Source: Candidatus Latescibacterota bacterium (lineage in GTDB: Bacteria; Latescibacterota; UBA2968; UBA8231). From it: a stretch of 64,000 bases of DNA. This document shows positions 10,208 to 19,592 of the stretch, piece by piece. Within the stretch, counting starts at the first letter, position 1. Each line of letters starts with the position of its first letter. The notes beneath the pieces are model-generated. The model was not told the DNA's origin. It did not search any database and worked only from the letters and a program-made list of their open reading frames with translations. Made by a program: the position numbers and the translations under genes. The stretch is taken from assembly GCA_965243025.1 (NCBI GenBank), contig CBDETY010000003.1:3712001-3776000 (forward strand). Reading direction: 5' to 3'.

Positions 10208-11518
10208 CTAGCGCCCCGCCCCGGCCGGCTCCCCCGGGGCCTGTTCCCCGGACAGCTTGCGGACCAGCGCTCCCAGTGCGGGAAAGTGCGGGGAGCGGGC
10301 GCGCAGGGTGCGCAGCTCTGCGGCGGCTTCGAAGCGGCGGTCCATGGCGACATAGACCTCGATCAGCTCGGCGCGGGCTGCGTGGTCGCCCGGATCGACG
10401 GCGACCCGTTCCCTGAGCTTCTGCGACCGCTGTTCAAGGGGCAGAATCGCCTTGAAGCGGTCCGCGGCCGCGCGCGCGCCCTCCCGGTCGCCGAGGCGGC
10501 GGAGCGAAACAGCCAGCGCCCGCAACGCGGGGGCGTGCCCGGGGGAGATCTCCAGCGCCTTCTCGAGATGGACCCTGGCGAGGGAGTGGTCGCCCAGCTG
10601 CTGCGCTGCGAGCCCGCGGTGCCGGTGCGCCTCGGCGCGGTGCCGGGTTTCGGTTCCGTCCCCCCTGGCCAGCGGCCGCTCGAGGACTTCCATGGACCTC
10701 TCGAACTCGCCCAGGCGGTAGAGCAGCACCCCCAGCTCGACGAGGAGCAGGGGATCTTCCTCGCGCAGCGCCAGCCCCATCTCGAGGGCCCGGCGCGCCT
10801 CCTCGAGCGCGTTGGCCGCCAATGCGTACTCGAAGATCTTGTAGAGAACATGGGAGTGCCGGGGGTCCGCCGGAGAGCCTTCGAGCAGACCGTGGTATTC
10901 CCACAGCGACTCCCGGGCTCCCTCGATCCTGCCGCCGAGATACAGCGCCTCGGCGAGCCAGATCCTGCCCGAGTGGTTCCCCGGCTCGAGGTCCACACCC
11001 GCCCGCAGGTCGCCCCGCGCGGATTCGTAGTCTCCCAGCTGCAGAAAGGTGTGCCCCCTCAGGCGATGGAAGGTCCCGTTCCCCGGGGCCTTGGCGATCG
11101 CCCGGGAAAATCTATCGATGGCGGCATCCGGTCTCTGCTCGCGAAGGAGAATGCTCCCGACGGCGTGATCCAGGCCCGAATCGAGCGGCCCCGGACTGGC
11201 TGCCTCCGCCGCCAGCAGCATCCGCTTGGCGCGCTGGAACAGTTCCGCAGCCTCGGGGTCGTTCCGCTGCTTCTTCTCGAGCTCCTGCGCCTGGGTGAAG
11301 AAGATCCTGCCCAGCAGGTAGGTGAAGCGGTGATTCCCGGAGTCCTGCCGCATCCCGGCCTCGCAGACCCTGGCCGCCTCGGCGAGCCTCCCCTTCCCGA
11401 ACAGTTCCAGGGCCCGCGCGTAACGGCCGTCACCCCCCTGTCCGGCATCGCCTGGATCGACGTATCCGGCGTCGAGCAGGAAGGCGAGAACGGCGGCGGC
11501 GAGCCGGCTAGGTCCCAT
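10208..11518 (-). CDS. Secreted TPR-repeat protein
   Basis: Hydrophobic N-terminus and TPR-like helical repeats. Stop lies 21 bp before the CRTAC1 gene (operon). Confidence 0.75.
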   Translation of the reverse strand: MGPSRLAAAVLAFLLDAGYVDPGDAGQGGDGRYARALELFGKGRLAEAARVCEAGMRQDSGNHRFTYLLGRIFFTQAQELEKKQRNDPEAAELFQRAKRMLLAAEAASPGPLDSGLDHAVGSILLREQRPDAAIDRFSRAIAKAPGNGTFHRLRGHTFLQLGDYESARGDLRAGVDLEPGNHSGRIWLAEALYLGGRIEGARESLWEYHGLLEGSPADPRHSHVLYKIFEYALAANALEEARRALEMGLALREEDPLLLVELGVLLYRLGEFERSMEVLERPLARGDGTETRHRAEAHRHRGLAAQQLGDHSLARVHLEKALEISPGHAPALRALAVSLRRLGDREGARAAADRFKAILPLEQRSQKLRERVAVDPGDHAARAELIEVYVAMDRRFEAAAELRTLRARSPHFPALGALVRKLSGEQAPGEPAGAGR

Positions 11519-12043
11519 GTGAAATGTCGATCGGCGTCAACTCCGGGTGCTTCCGTGCTTTTCCCTGACTCTGTCCTGGTTGGTTCGAAAGTAACCATTG
11601 GGTCGAAGGCGGGCGAAAGCGGCGGGGCCGGCAATTCTTGCCCGCAACGTCGACAACTCCTTTCGTACGACCCGACTCGAAGCGCGTGCATCGCCGATCC
11701 GGGAAAACGGATACCCGTGGGGCCGGCTGCGCCGGTCCGCGCGCCGCATCTTCGCCACCGACGACGCCAACATGCTCATTCCCGCGCACCGGAGAAGCGG
11801 CCCGGCCCCCCTGGACGGCAGGTGTTCCGCCATCCCGGATCCCCCCCGGGTGCTGCGGGGGTCCGCGGGGGGCTCCGTCAGGCCGGCGCAGCTGCGCCCT
11901 CGCCGCCGCCATGACCGGCCCTCCCGCCCTCCGGAAAAACGGGGAGGCCGCGCACCTGTGGGCGCGGTTCAGCCGCGACCTCGGGGACCGGCCCGGGGCC
12001 GAGGCGCTGCTGCCGCGCCTCCTGAGAGCGCACAGCGGGCAGG

Positions 12044-13582
12044 ATGACGGCCCGCCGCTCCATCGTCTTGTGCGCCCTCCTCGGACTCGCCGGGGCCCTG
12101 GCTGCCCCGGCCGCCGTGGAAGCGCGGCCGCGGATGCTGCCGGCCGGCGCCGTCGCCGACGCCCTGGCCGCCGCCGCGGCCGGAGACTCGGTGCGCTTCG
12201 ACAGCGCCATGGTGCGCGGACAGGTCTTCGCCGTCCTGGACACGGTCAGGGGCAGAGTCCGGTTCCGGGGGGTGCAGTTCCTTGGCGGCTTCGCCCTCGA
12301 CAGGGTGGCGTTTTCGGGCCCGGTCCTGTTCGAGGACTGCGAGTTCCGGAAGGGGGCTTCCTTTCTCGAGTCCAGGTTCGAGCAACCGGCCCTGTTCCGG
12401 CGCTGCAGCTTCGGCCGGCACACCAGCTTCAACAAGGCGGTTCTCAGCGCCGCCGACTTCGAGCTCAGCCGCTTCTCAGGCCCGGCGACCTTCGTCGACG
12501 CCCGTTTCGAAGGGGACGCCTCCTTCGACCACGCGCAGTTCGAGGACGTCTATTTCGACCGCTCGAGGTTCGCCGCTTCCGCCAGCTTCACCGACGCCGC
12601 CATCGCTCTCGAGGCCTCGTTCAAGGAGGCGGTCTTCGGCGAGGCGGTTTTCGCGGGGACGCGCTTCGGCGAGGAAACGCTGTTCCGCAACTGCCGCTTC
12701 GACGGACCGGCCCGGTTCGACAGGGCGCGCTTCCGCAGGCGCGTCCATTTCAACGGCGCCGACTTTTTCCGACACGCTTCGTTCCGCGACATAACCTTCG
12801 TTCGCGGGGGCGCGTTCGCGGGGGCCCGCTTCGCCGGCGGCGTCTCCTTCGCCGGCAGCCGTTTCCGGTCCGACCTCGACCTGTCCGGCGCCGCCGCCGA
12901 CGCGCAGGTGTCCCTGAACGCCGCTTTTTCCGGCGACCTGATTCTGCACGACGCCTCTCTCTCCACCCTCGACCTCGCCGGATATACGGCAACCGGGGGT
13001 GCCGATTCGACGGCTGCCTCCCCGCGGGTGTTCCTGGAGGGGGCGCGCTTCGACAACCTGCGTTTGTCCTGGGAGGATATCCGCGGCCGCATCGCCGCCC
13101 GCGACAGCACGCAGGCCGCCCCCCTTGCGGAGCAGTACGCCGGGGTTGCCCACCACCTCCGGAAGCGGGGACTCGAGCGCGAAGCGGACGCCGCCGTGGC
13201 GGAGTGGAGGGACCACCTGCGCACGAGCCTGGGCTGGACCTCGCCGCGACGCTGGCTGCTCGAGCTGTTCAACGCGACCTCGCGCTACGGAAACAGCCTT
13301 GCCCGCCTGGGGGCAACCGGTTTCGTCCTGCTGATATCGTTCACCCTTCTCTACTGGCTGGGGCGCGGCCGGCTTGCCGGGGAGCCCGGCGCAGGCACCG
13401 CCGGCATCGGCGACTGTTTCATCCTCAGCCTTGCGGCCTTCGCCCATCTCGGGGGAGCATCGCGGTGGCGGACAAACGGCGGGCTGCGGCTGCTGCAGCT
13501 GCTCGAAGGGGTCGTCGGCTGGCTGTACTGGGCGGCTCTCGTCGCCGTCGGCCTGCGCCTCCTGCTGCGGGGGTTCGTCTGA
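12044..13582 (+). CDS. Pentapeptide-repeat protein with signal peptide and C-terminal 2-TM ion-channel-like domain
   Basis: Signal peptide, then long A-x-F-x-x repeats (ASFLESRFEQPALF...). C-terminal 'RYGNS..TM..DCFILSLAAFAHLGG..RLLQLLEGVVGW' resembles Ion_trans_2. Confidence 0.8.
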   Translation: MTARRSIVLCALLGLAGALAAPAAVEARPRMLPAGAVADALAAAAAGDSVRFDSAMVRGQVFAVLDTVRGRVRFRGVQFLGGFALDRVAFSGPVLFEDCEFRKGASFLESRFEQPALFRRCSFGRHTSFNKAVLSAADFELSRFSGPATFVDARFEGDASFDHAQFEDVYFDRSRFAASASFTDAAIALEASFKEAVFGEAVFAGTRFGEETLFRNCRFDGPARFDRARFRRRVHFNGADFFRHASFRDITFVRGGAFAGARFAGGVSFAGSRFRSDLDLSGAAADAQVSLNAAFSGDLILHDASLSTLDLAGYTATGGADSTAASPRVFLEGARFDNLRLSWEDIRGRIAARDSTQAAPLAEQYAGVAHHLRKRGLEREADAAVAEWRDHLRTSLGWTSPRRWLLELFNATSRYGNSLARLGATGFVLLISFTLLYWLGRGRLAGEPGAGTAGIGDCFILSLAAFAHLGGASRWRTNGGLRLLQLLEGVVGWLYWAALVAVGLRLLLRGFV

Positions 13583-13602
13583 GCTCCCCCGCGCTTTCGC
13601 CC

Positions 13603-15291
13603 ATGGCCGGGCACGGCCCAGCCCGGGCGCTGCTGTGCGCCCTTCTCGCCCTGGCAGGATGCGGGAAAGACAGCGGCCCGCCGGACGGAATCGAGGTGAC
13701 CTTCCGGGACGCGGCGGCCGAGGCCGGGGTCGACTTCGTGCACTTCAACGGTTTTTCCGGGGACTACTACTACTACGAGACCTTCGGCTCGGGGGCCGCC
13801 TTCTTCGATTTCGACGCCGACGGCTGGCTCGACATCTACCTCGTCAACGGCTCGGTGCTGACCGACACGGTGCCGGCCGTCACCCCGGTGAACCGGCTCT
13901 ACCGCAACCTGTCGGGCGCCGGCCCGGACGACCCCGGCGCGAAACCACCGCTCCGCTTCGCCGACGCAACCGCGGGGTCCGGCGCCGATGACCGCGGCTA
14001 CGGCATGGGAGTCGCCGCCGCCGACGCGGACAACGACGGCGACCAGGATCTCTACGTAACCAACGCCGGGGGCAACCGCCTGCTTCTCAACGAGGAAGGA
14101 TCGGGACGTTTCGACGACGCCACCGCCGAAGCCGGGGCCGGCGACTCCCGCTGGGGCACGGCCTGCGCCTTCCTCGACTACGACGGCGACGGCGACCTCG
14201 ACCTCTTCGTCGTCAACTACGTCGACTTCGACATCTGGGAAAACCCGGTCTGCAAGAAGGGAAAGCACCGGTCCTACTGCGACCCCGACACCTACGACCC
14301 GGTCGAGGACGTCCTCTACCGGAACGACCGGGGCCGCTTCACCGACGTCAGCCGCGCCAGCGGCATCACCCTGTCGGGGCGCGGCCTGGGGGTGGCGCTG
14401 TCGGACTACGACCTCGACGGCGACACCGACGTCTACGTCGCCAACGACGGCACCATGAACTTCCTCTACGAGAACCAGCCCGGCGGCTTCGTCGAGGTCG
14501 GGCTGTACTCGGGGGGGCGCTACAACCGGGACGGACTCGCCGAAGCGGGGATGGGCGTCGACTTCGGCGACGTGCAGAACGACGGCAGGCAGGACCTGTT
14601 CGTCACCAACTTCACCAATGAAACCAACACCCTCTACGTCAACGACGGCCAGGGGGAGCTGCACGACCTGACCGAGCGCTTCGGCCTCACCGGCCCGTCC
14701 CTGAAGCCGCTGGGGTTCGGCACCCGGTTCCTCGACTACGACAACGACCGCTTCCTCGACCTGTTCGTCGCCAACGGCCACGTCATGGACATCATCGCCG
14801 AGGTCGAGCCGGAGCTCAGCTACCCGCAGCCGAACCAGGTGTTCCGCAACCTCGGAGGAAGGGGTTTCTCCGAGACCTCGGCGGGCCTCGGGACAGGCCT
14901 CGAGGTGGTCGCCGTCAGCCGCGCCGCCGCGGCGGGGGACTGCGACAACGACGGCGACCAGGACCTGCTGGTGACCAACGTCTCCGGCCCGCCGACCCTG
15001 CTGGTAAACGAAGGGGGCAACCGCAACAACTGGCTCCTCCTCGAGCTCGTCGGGGCCGGGCACCGCGACGCCCTCGGGGCCCGGGTGACGGTCACCGCCG
15101 GAGGCCGGCGGATGCTGCGCGAGCGGCAGTCGGGGGCGAGCTACCTGTCGAGCCACGATCCGCGCCTGCACTTCGGCCTCGGGAGATCCGAGGCCGCCCG
15201 CGTCGAGATCGTCTGGCCCGGCGGGCGCCGCCAGGTTCTCGAGGAGGTCCCGGCCAACCGCATTCTGCGGGTGCGGGAAGGCCAGGGCTGA
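13603..15291 (+). CDS. CRTAC1/ASPIC-UnbV family lipoprotein
   Basis: ATG 13603 with lipobox 'LLALAGC'. Motifs 'ETFGSGAAFFDFDADGWLD', 'AGMGVDFGD', 'SYLSSHDPRLHFGLG'. Confidence 0.88.
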   Translation: MAGHGPARALLCALLALAGCGKDSGPPDGIEVTFRDAAAEAGVDFVHFNGFSGDYYYYETFGSGAAFFDFDADGWLDIYLVNGSVLTDTVPAVTPVNRLYRNLSGAGPDDPGAKPPLRFADATAGSGADDRGYGMGVAAADADNDGDQDLYVTNAGGNRLLLNEEGSGRFDDATAEAGAGDSRWGTACAFLDYDGDGDLDLFVVNYVDFDIWENPVCKKGKHRSYCDPDTYDPVEDVLYRNDRGRFTDVSRASGITLSGRGLGVALSDYDLDGDTDVYVANDGTMNFLYENQPGGFVEVGLYSGGRYNRDGLAEAGMGVDFGDVQNDGRQDLFVTNFTNETNTLYVNDGQGELHDLTERFGLTGPSLKPLGFGTRFLDYDNDRFLDLFVANGHVMDIIAEVEPELSYPQPNQVFRNLGGRGFSETSAGLGTGLEVVAVSRAAAAGDCDNDGDQDLLVTNVSGPPTLLVNEGGNRNNWLLLELVGAGHRDALGARVTVTAGGRRMLRERQSGASYLSSHDPRLHFGLGRSEAARVEIVWPGGRRQVLEEVPANRILRVREGQG

Positions 15292-15292
15292 G

Positions 15293-17218
15293 GTGAGGTC
15301 GCCGTTCAGTCTCACCGGGCTCGCCATCGGTACCGGGTTGAGCCTCGCCGTAGGAGTGCTGGCCCCGTACGGGCTGATGCTGCGCTACTGGCGCATGGGG
15401 TTCAACCCCTCTTCGCAGGGGGCCATCTTCCTCTTCTTCATCCTCGTCTTCGCCGTCAACGGGCTGGTCGGCCTGATCGGACGCCGCTTCGAGCTGTCGC
15501 GCGCCGACCTCGTGCTCGTCTACTGCATGCTGCTGATGGCGGTGACCCTGCCGACCTGGGGGCTGATGTTCTTCCTGATCGGCACCATGGTCTACCCCTA
15601 CTACTACGCCACCACCGAAAACCGCTACGCCGAGCTGTTTCACGACCTCATCCCCTCCTGGATCGTTCCCCAGGACGCCCGCGCCATCTCCCTGTATTAC
15701 GAGGGCCTCCCCAAGGGCGCCCCGATCCCCTGGGGGCCATGGCTCGAGCCGCTCGCCTGGTGGTTCCTCCTGATCATGGCGATCGGGTTCATGCTGATCT
15801 GCCTCAGCAGCATCCTCCATCGCCAGTGGTCGGTCCACGAACGCCTCACCTATCCGATGATGCAGCTTCCCCAGAGCATGATCGAGAAAGGGGAGGATCC
15901 CATGCAGCGGATCGCCCCCTTCTTCAAGGACCCGGCGATGTGGCTCGGCTTCGCTCTGCCGGTGATCTTCTTCAGCAGCGCCGGCCTCCATCACTTCTTC
16001 CCCGCTGTTCCCGACTTCCCATTCTTCCACGAGGGGTTCCGCTGGTTCCGCAACAGCGTCTCCCTGGTTTTCGCCTTCAGCTTCGCCTGGGTCGGGTTCT
16101 TCTACCTCGCCAATCTCGAGATAACCTTCAGCGTCTGGTTCTTCTACCTCTTCTGCAAGCTCGAGGAGGGGATCTTCAGGATTCTCGGGATCGCCAGCAC
16201 CGAGAAGCTCAGCTCCTACGAGTTCAGCCAGCCCGCCGACCTCACCCATCAGTCGACGGGGGCCGTGGTCGTGCTCGTGCTCTTCGCCCTGTGGACGGCG
16301 CGCTCCCACCTGCGGCAGGTCGCCCTGAAGCTGATCCGCCCGGCCGAGGGGATCGACGACGGCGAAGAGATGCTCGGTTACCGCGCCGCGGTGCTCGGTT
16401 TCGCCGGCAGCCTCGTCGTCGTCTGCGCCTGGCTGTGGCGCTCGGGGGTGCCGCTTCCGGTGGTGCCGGTCCTGGTGGGAATCAGCCTCGTCTTCTGGAT
16501 CCTCGTCGCCCGGGCGGCGTCCACCGCCGGGGTCGCCACGGTGCGCAGTCCGATCGTTCCGGCGTACTTCATCATATCGGCGCTGGGAGCGCCGCTGCTG
16601 GGCGCCAAGGGGCTCGTCGCCCTGAACTTCACCTTCATCTGGCAGGGGGAATCGCGCACCTCCCCGATGGTCGCCTGCGCCCACGGCCTCAAGCTCGCCG
16701 AGATGGTGCAGGGGTCGAAGAGGCTGCTGTTCTGGGGGCTGATGCTCGCCCTCGCCTGCAGCTTCTGCGCCTCGGCCTTCATGGTGCTGCGCATGTGCTA
16801 CACCTACGGGGCCATCAACCTCTACCACATCGACTGGGCCGGCGCCCACGGGTGGCCCAACATGGCGCGCTCGATCACCGAGCTGCCAGGGGCCGACCTC
16901 CGGGGCTGGGTGTTCAAGGGGATCGGAGCGTTCGTCGAAGGGCTCCTGGTCTGGGCCCAGCAGCGCTGGTTCTGGTGGCCGCTGCACCCGCTCGGGTTCG
17001 CCATCGGGGTCGGCTGGCTCACCGGCCACATCTGGTTTTCGGCGATGGTCTCGTGGGGGCTGAAGCTGACCATCCTGCACTACTGGGGCGCCTCGATGTT
17101 CCAGCGCCTCAAACCCTTCTTCCTCGGGATGATCGTCGGGGAGTGCTGTGTCAACGGCGGCTGGGGGTTCCTGTTCTGGCTGCTCGGGGAGCAGGCGAAG
17201 ATCCTGACCTTCATGTAG
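15293..17218 (+). CDS. DUF6785/DUF6784-type polytopic membrane protein (OPT-like putative transporter)
   Basis: 641-aa hydrophobic ORF starting 1 bp after the upstream stop. Motifs 'RQWSVHERLTYPMMQLP', 'WWPLHPLGF', 'KPFFLGMIVGE'. Confidence 0.8.
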   Translation: MRSPFSLTGLAIGTGLSLAVGVLAPYGLMLRYWRMGFNPSSQGAIFLFFILVFAVNGLVGLIGRRFELSRADLVLVYCMLLMAVTLPTWGLMFFLIGTMVYPYYYATTENRYAELFHDLIPSWIVPQDARAISLYYEGLPKGAPIPWGPWLEPLAWWFLLIMAIGFMLICLSSILHRQWSVHERLTYPMMQLPQSMIEKGEDPMQRIAPFFKDPAMWLGFALPVIFFSSAGLHHFFPAVPDFPFFHEGFRWFRNSVSLVFAFSFAWVGFFYLANLEITFSVWFFYLFCKLEEGIFRILGIASTEKLSSYEFSQPADLTHQSTGAVVVLVLFALWTARSHLRQVALKLIRPAEGIDDGEEMLGYRAAVLGFAGSLVVVCAWLWRSGVPLPVVPVLVGISLVFWILVARAASTAGVATVRSPIVPAYFIISALGAPLLGAKGLVALNFTFIWQGESRTSPMVACAHGLKLAEMVQGSKRLLFWGLMLALACSFCASAFMVLRMCYTYGAINLYHIDWAGAHGWPNMARSITELPGADLRGWVFKGIGAFVEGLLVWAQQRWFWWPLHPLGFAIGVGWLTGHIWFSAMVSWGLKLTILHYWGASMFQRLKPFFLGMIVGECCVNGGWGFLFWLLGEQAKILTFM

Positions 17219-17236
17219 CAGCGCGGCGAGCGCCGG

Positions 17237-18718
17237 CTACTCCGTCGTGTAGTAGCCGTAGAAGATCATCATCTCGTCCTCGCTGAGCAGGCCGTACCCC
17301 AACTCGCGGTCGGTCTGGTTGTCGTAGGTCGCCGAGAGCCTCAGCCCCTGCCCCGCCTCGATCACCAGCGGCGTGTCGAGCCTCAGGATGGGCGGATGCT
17401 CCCAGTCGTAGGAGACGTACACGAGCTCGCCGTCGCGCGGCCCCCCGATCATCTCGGCGCGGAACTCCACCATGTGCTGGTGGGCGTGGGAGAACATCTG
17501 GAAGACGAGGCGGCGCTCGTCGAAGATCCGCTCGTCGATCAGCGTCGTGACCTGCTTCGGGGGCAGGCTGATGTCGCTGTTGCTCAGCGAGAAGATCTCG
17601 ACTTCCCTCTCGACCTCGGCTGGATCGAGGGTATGCAGGTTGATGTAGATCTCCCCCTTGGCCCCCTCGACGCTGCCTGCCGTGTAGTGGCTGTCGAGAT
17701 CGAGTCCCTCCCCGGCGGGAAGGCGCAGCGCCGCTCCCGGGGGAAAGTGCAGATCGACGCGGGGCCACTGGCTGATCGCGATCGGCACGTGGTAGGGCAT
17801 GGTCACCATGTTCAACGGGATGTAGCCCCCCCGGTCGCGGATGTCGCGGAAGACGAAAGGCTCGGGGAAGGCCTCGGGGAGGATGTTCTCCCGCAGGGTG
17901 TAGAGGCCGAAGTGGTGGCTGCCCTCGCTGGCGGCGATCTCGATGCGGCTGATGAAGATGTCCTCGTCGTTGTCGAGCGGGTCGTAGGAGAAGAACTCGC
18001 GCTCGTATTCGGTGGGGACGTCGAACGGCCCGAGGTGGAGCTGGAGGCCCCGGGCCGGCGGCGGCAGCGGCGCGAACGGCAGCGCCTCCCAGCGCTCCTC
18101 GTCCTCGAGCAGGGCGGGATCTGCGACCACCCCCTCCCTCGGGGCGCCGGCGACGATCCAGCGGCGTATGAACTCGATCTCGCCGTTGGTCAGCGGCTTT
18201 CCCCCGGGCGGCATCAGGGCGCCGTAGAACGGGTGGTCGGCGTAGAAGTGGGCCTCGTTGGGGGCGTTGATCTTCTCCCAGAGGAAGCTGCGGTAGAGAC
18301 CGGCGAGGCCCTGGTCGCTGACCAGAAGGAGGTTGTCGCCGGCAGCGGCCTGGTTGTTGGGGACCCTGTTGAACAGCTGCTCCCAGGCGACGTCCGGCGT
18401 CAGCACGAGGCCGGACTGGCGGGCGAACGAGGTGCCCGCGGCGTGGCAGCCGGCGCAGTTGGCCGCGAGGATGTCGTCGCGGATGATCTCCCAGGTCGCG
18501 ACCTCCCCGGGAGAGTGGGGCGGCTCGCCGCCGCAGCCCGCCAGCGCCAGGCAGAGGGCGAGCGCCCGGAACGACCGGGGAAGCAGGCCGGTCCCGGGAA
18601 CGCACCGCGGGGGATCCGGACGTCCGCCCGGGCGCCCCGATGCGGGGCGGCGCCGGGCCGGGAGAGCTGCCTTCCGGCCGGTTTCCGGGGCCCTCAGAAA
18701 TCCCGCGTGAAGCCGCAT
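17237..18718 (-). CDS. Lipoprotein: c-type cytochrome domain fused to copper type II (PHM/DBH-like) monooxygenase; true start uncertain, probably nearer 18600
   Basis: Lipobox 'LALAGC', CAGCH heme motif plus 'LMPP', and Cu-ligand motifs 'SHHF', 'DSHY', 'SHAHQH', 'DEMM'. Confidence 0.72.
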   Translation of the reverse strand: MRLHAGFLRAPETGRKAALPARRRPASGRPGGRPDPPRCVPGTGLLPRSFRALALCLALAGCGGEPPHSPGEVATWEIIRDDILAANCAGCHAAGTSFARQSGLVLTPDVAWEQLFNRVPNNQAAAGDNLLLVSDQGLAGLYRSFLWEKINAPNEAHFYADHPFYGALMPPGGKPLTNGEIEFIRRWIVAGAPREGVVADPALLEDEERWEALPFAPLPPPARGLQLHLGPFDVPTEYEREFFSYDPLDNDEDIFISRIEIAASEGSHHFGLYTLRENILPEAFPEPFVFRDIRDRGGYIPLNMVTMPYHVPIAISQWPRVDLHFPPGAALRLPAGEGLDLDSHYTAGSVEGAKGEIYINLHTLDPAEVEREVEIFSLSNSDISLPPKQVTTLIDERIFDERRLVFQMFSHAHQHMVEFRAEMIGGPRDGELVYVSYDWEHPPILRLDTPLVIEAGQGLRLSATYDNQTDRELGYGLLSEDEMMIFYGYYTTE

Positions 18719-19491
18719 GTCCAGCCGCCGTCGACGACGACGGTGTGGCCGTTGATGTAGGAGGCCATGTCCGAGGCGAGGAACAGCGCCGCGTTGGCGA
18801 TGTCCTCCACCTGGCCGGGGCGGCCGCTCGGCACGAACGAGAGCAGCTGCCTGCCCTTCTCGTTGTAGCTGCCGTCGTCGCGGTAGAAGAGGGTGCGGGT
18901 GGCGTCGGTAACCGTCGATCCGGGGGCTATGGCGTTGACGCGGATGCCGTGACGCCCCAGCTCGAGGGCCATGGCCTCGGCGAGGCTGATCACCGCGGCC
19001 TTGCCGACGACGTGGCCGATCTGGTTGCGGATCGGCACCATGCCGGCGATCGAGGCGATGTTGATGATCGATCCCGACTTCTGCCCGATCATGCGCAGGG
19101 CGGCGTACTTGGAGCAGTAGTAGGTGCCGTTGATGTCGACGTCCATCATCCTGACGAAGAGGTCGTCGTCGTATTCCTCGACGGTGCGGCGCTCACCCGG
19201 CTTCGACGGGTTGTAGGCGGCGTTGTTGACGAGGATGTCGATGCGGCCTGCCCGCGCCGCGGCATGATCGATCATCGCCCGCACCTCGTCGAGGCGGCTG
19301 ATGTCGCAGTGCACGTACGACGCCGCGTCTCCGAGGCCGGCGGCCGTCTCCTCCCCCACCTCGTCGAGGATGTCGCCGATGACGACGGTGGCCCCGTGGG
19401 CGACGAAGTCCTCGGCGATCTTCCTGCCGATGCCGCGGGCGGCCCCCGTGATCACGGCGACGCGGTCCTTTAGGTCGAGTCTGTTGTCCAC
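18694..19491 (-). CDS. SDR family oxidoreductase
   Basis: TGAARGIG, LVNNAA, 'IRVNAIAPG'. The catalytic YxxxK appears as HVVGK. Confidence 0.9.
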   Translation of the reverse strand: MDNRLDLKDRVAVITGAARGIGRKIAEDFVAHGATVVIGDILDEVGEETAAGLGDAASYVHCDISRLDEVRAMIDHAAARAGRIDILVNNAAYNPSKPGERRTVEEYDDDLFVRMMDVDINGTYYCSKYAALRMIGQKSGSIINIASIAGMVPIRNQIGHVVGKAAVISLAEAMALELGRHGIRVNAIAPGSTVTDATRTLFYRDDGSYNEKGRQLLSFVPSGRPGQVEDIANAALFLASDMASYINGHTVVVDGGWTCGFTRDF

Positions 19492-19592
19492 GATCCGCTC
19501 TCCTGAAATCGGCGGCTTTCCCGAAGCCGCGCCTGCTTTCGGACTCTCCCACTATTGCACCATATTTCCGCCCTCTTGGCAAGGAGGAGCCC

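Noticed and set aside
11519-12043. 525-bp intergenic region as a possible ncRNA, tRNA or small gene
   Set aside because: No cloverleaf, riboswitch consensus or convincing ORF seen by eye. An Rfam scan would be needed to exclude an RNA.
11638-15291. 1217-aa ORF suggesting a giant CRTAC1 fusion
   Set aside because: Only the part from ATG 13603 (lipobox) is protein-like. The rest overlaps the pentapeptide gene out of frame.
1584-15291. Recurring GACxxCGACxxCGACGGC nucleotide repeats as a CRISPR or tandem array
   Set aside because: They encode the DxDxDG loops of FG-GAP repeats, with irregular spacing and no spacers.
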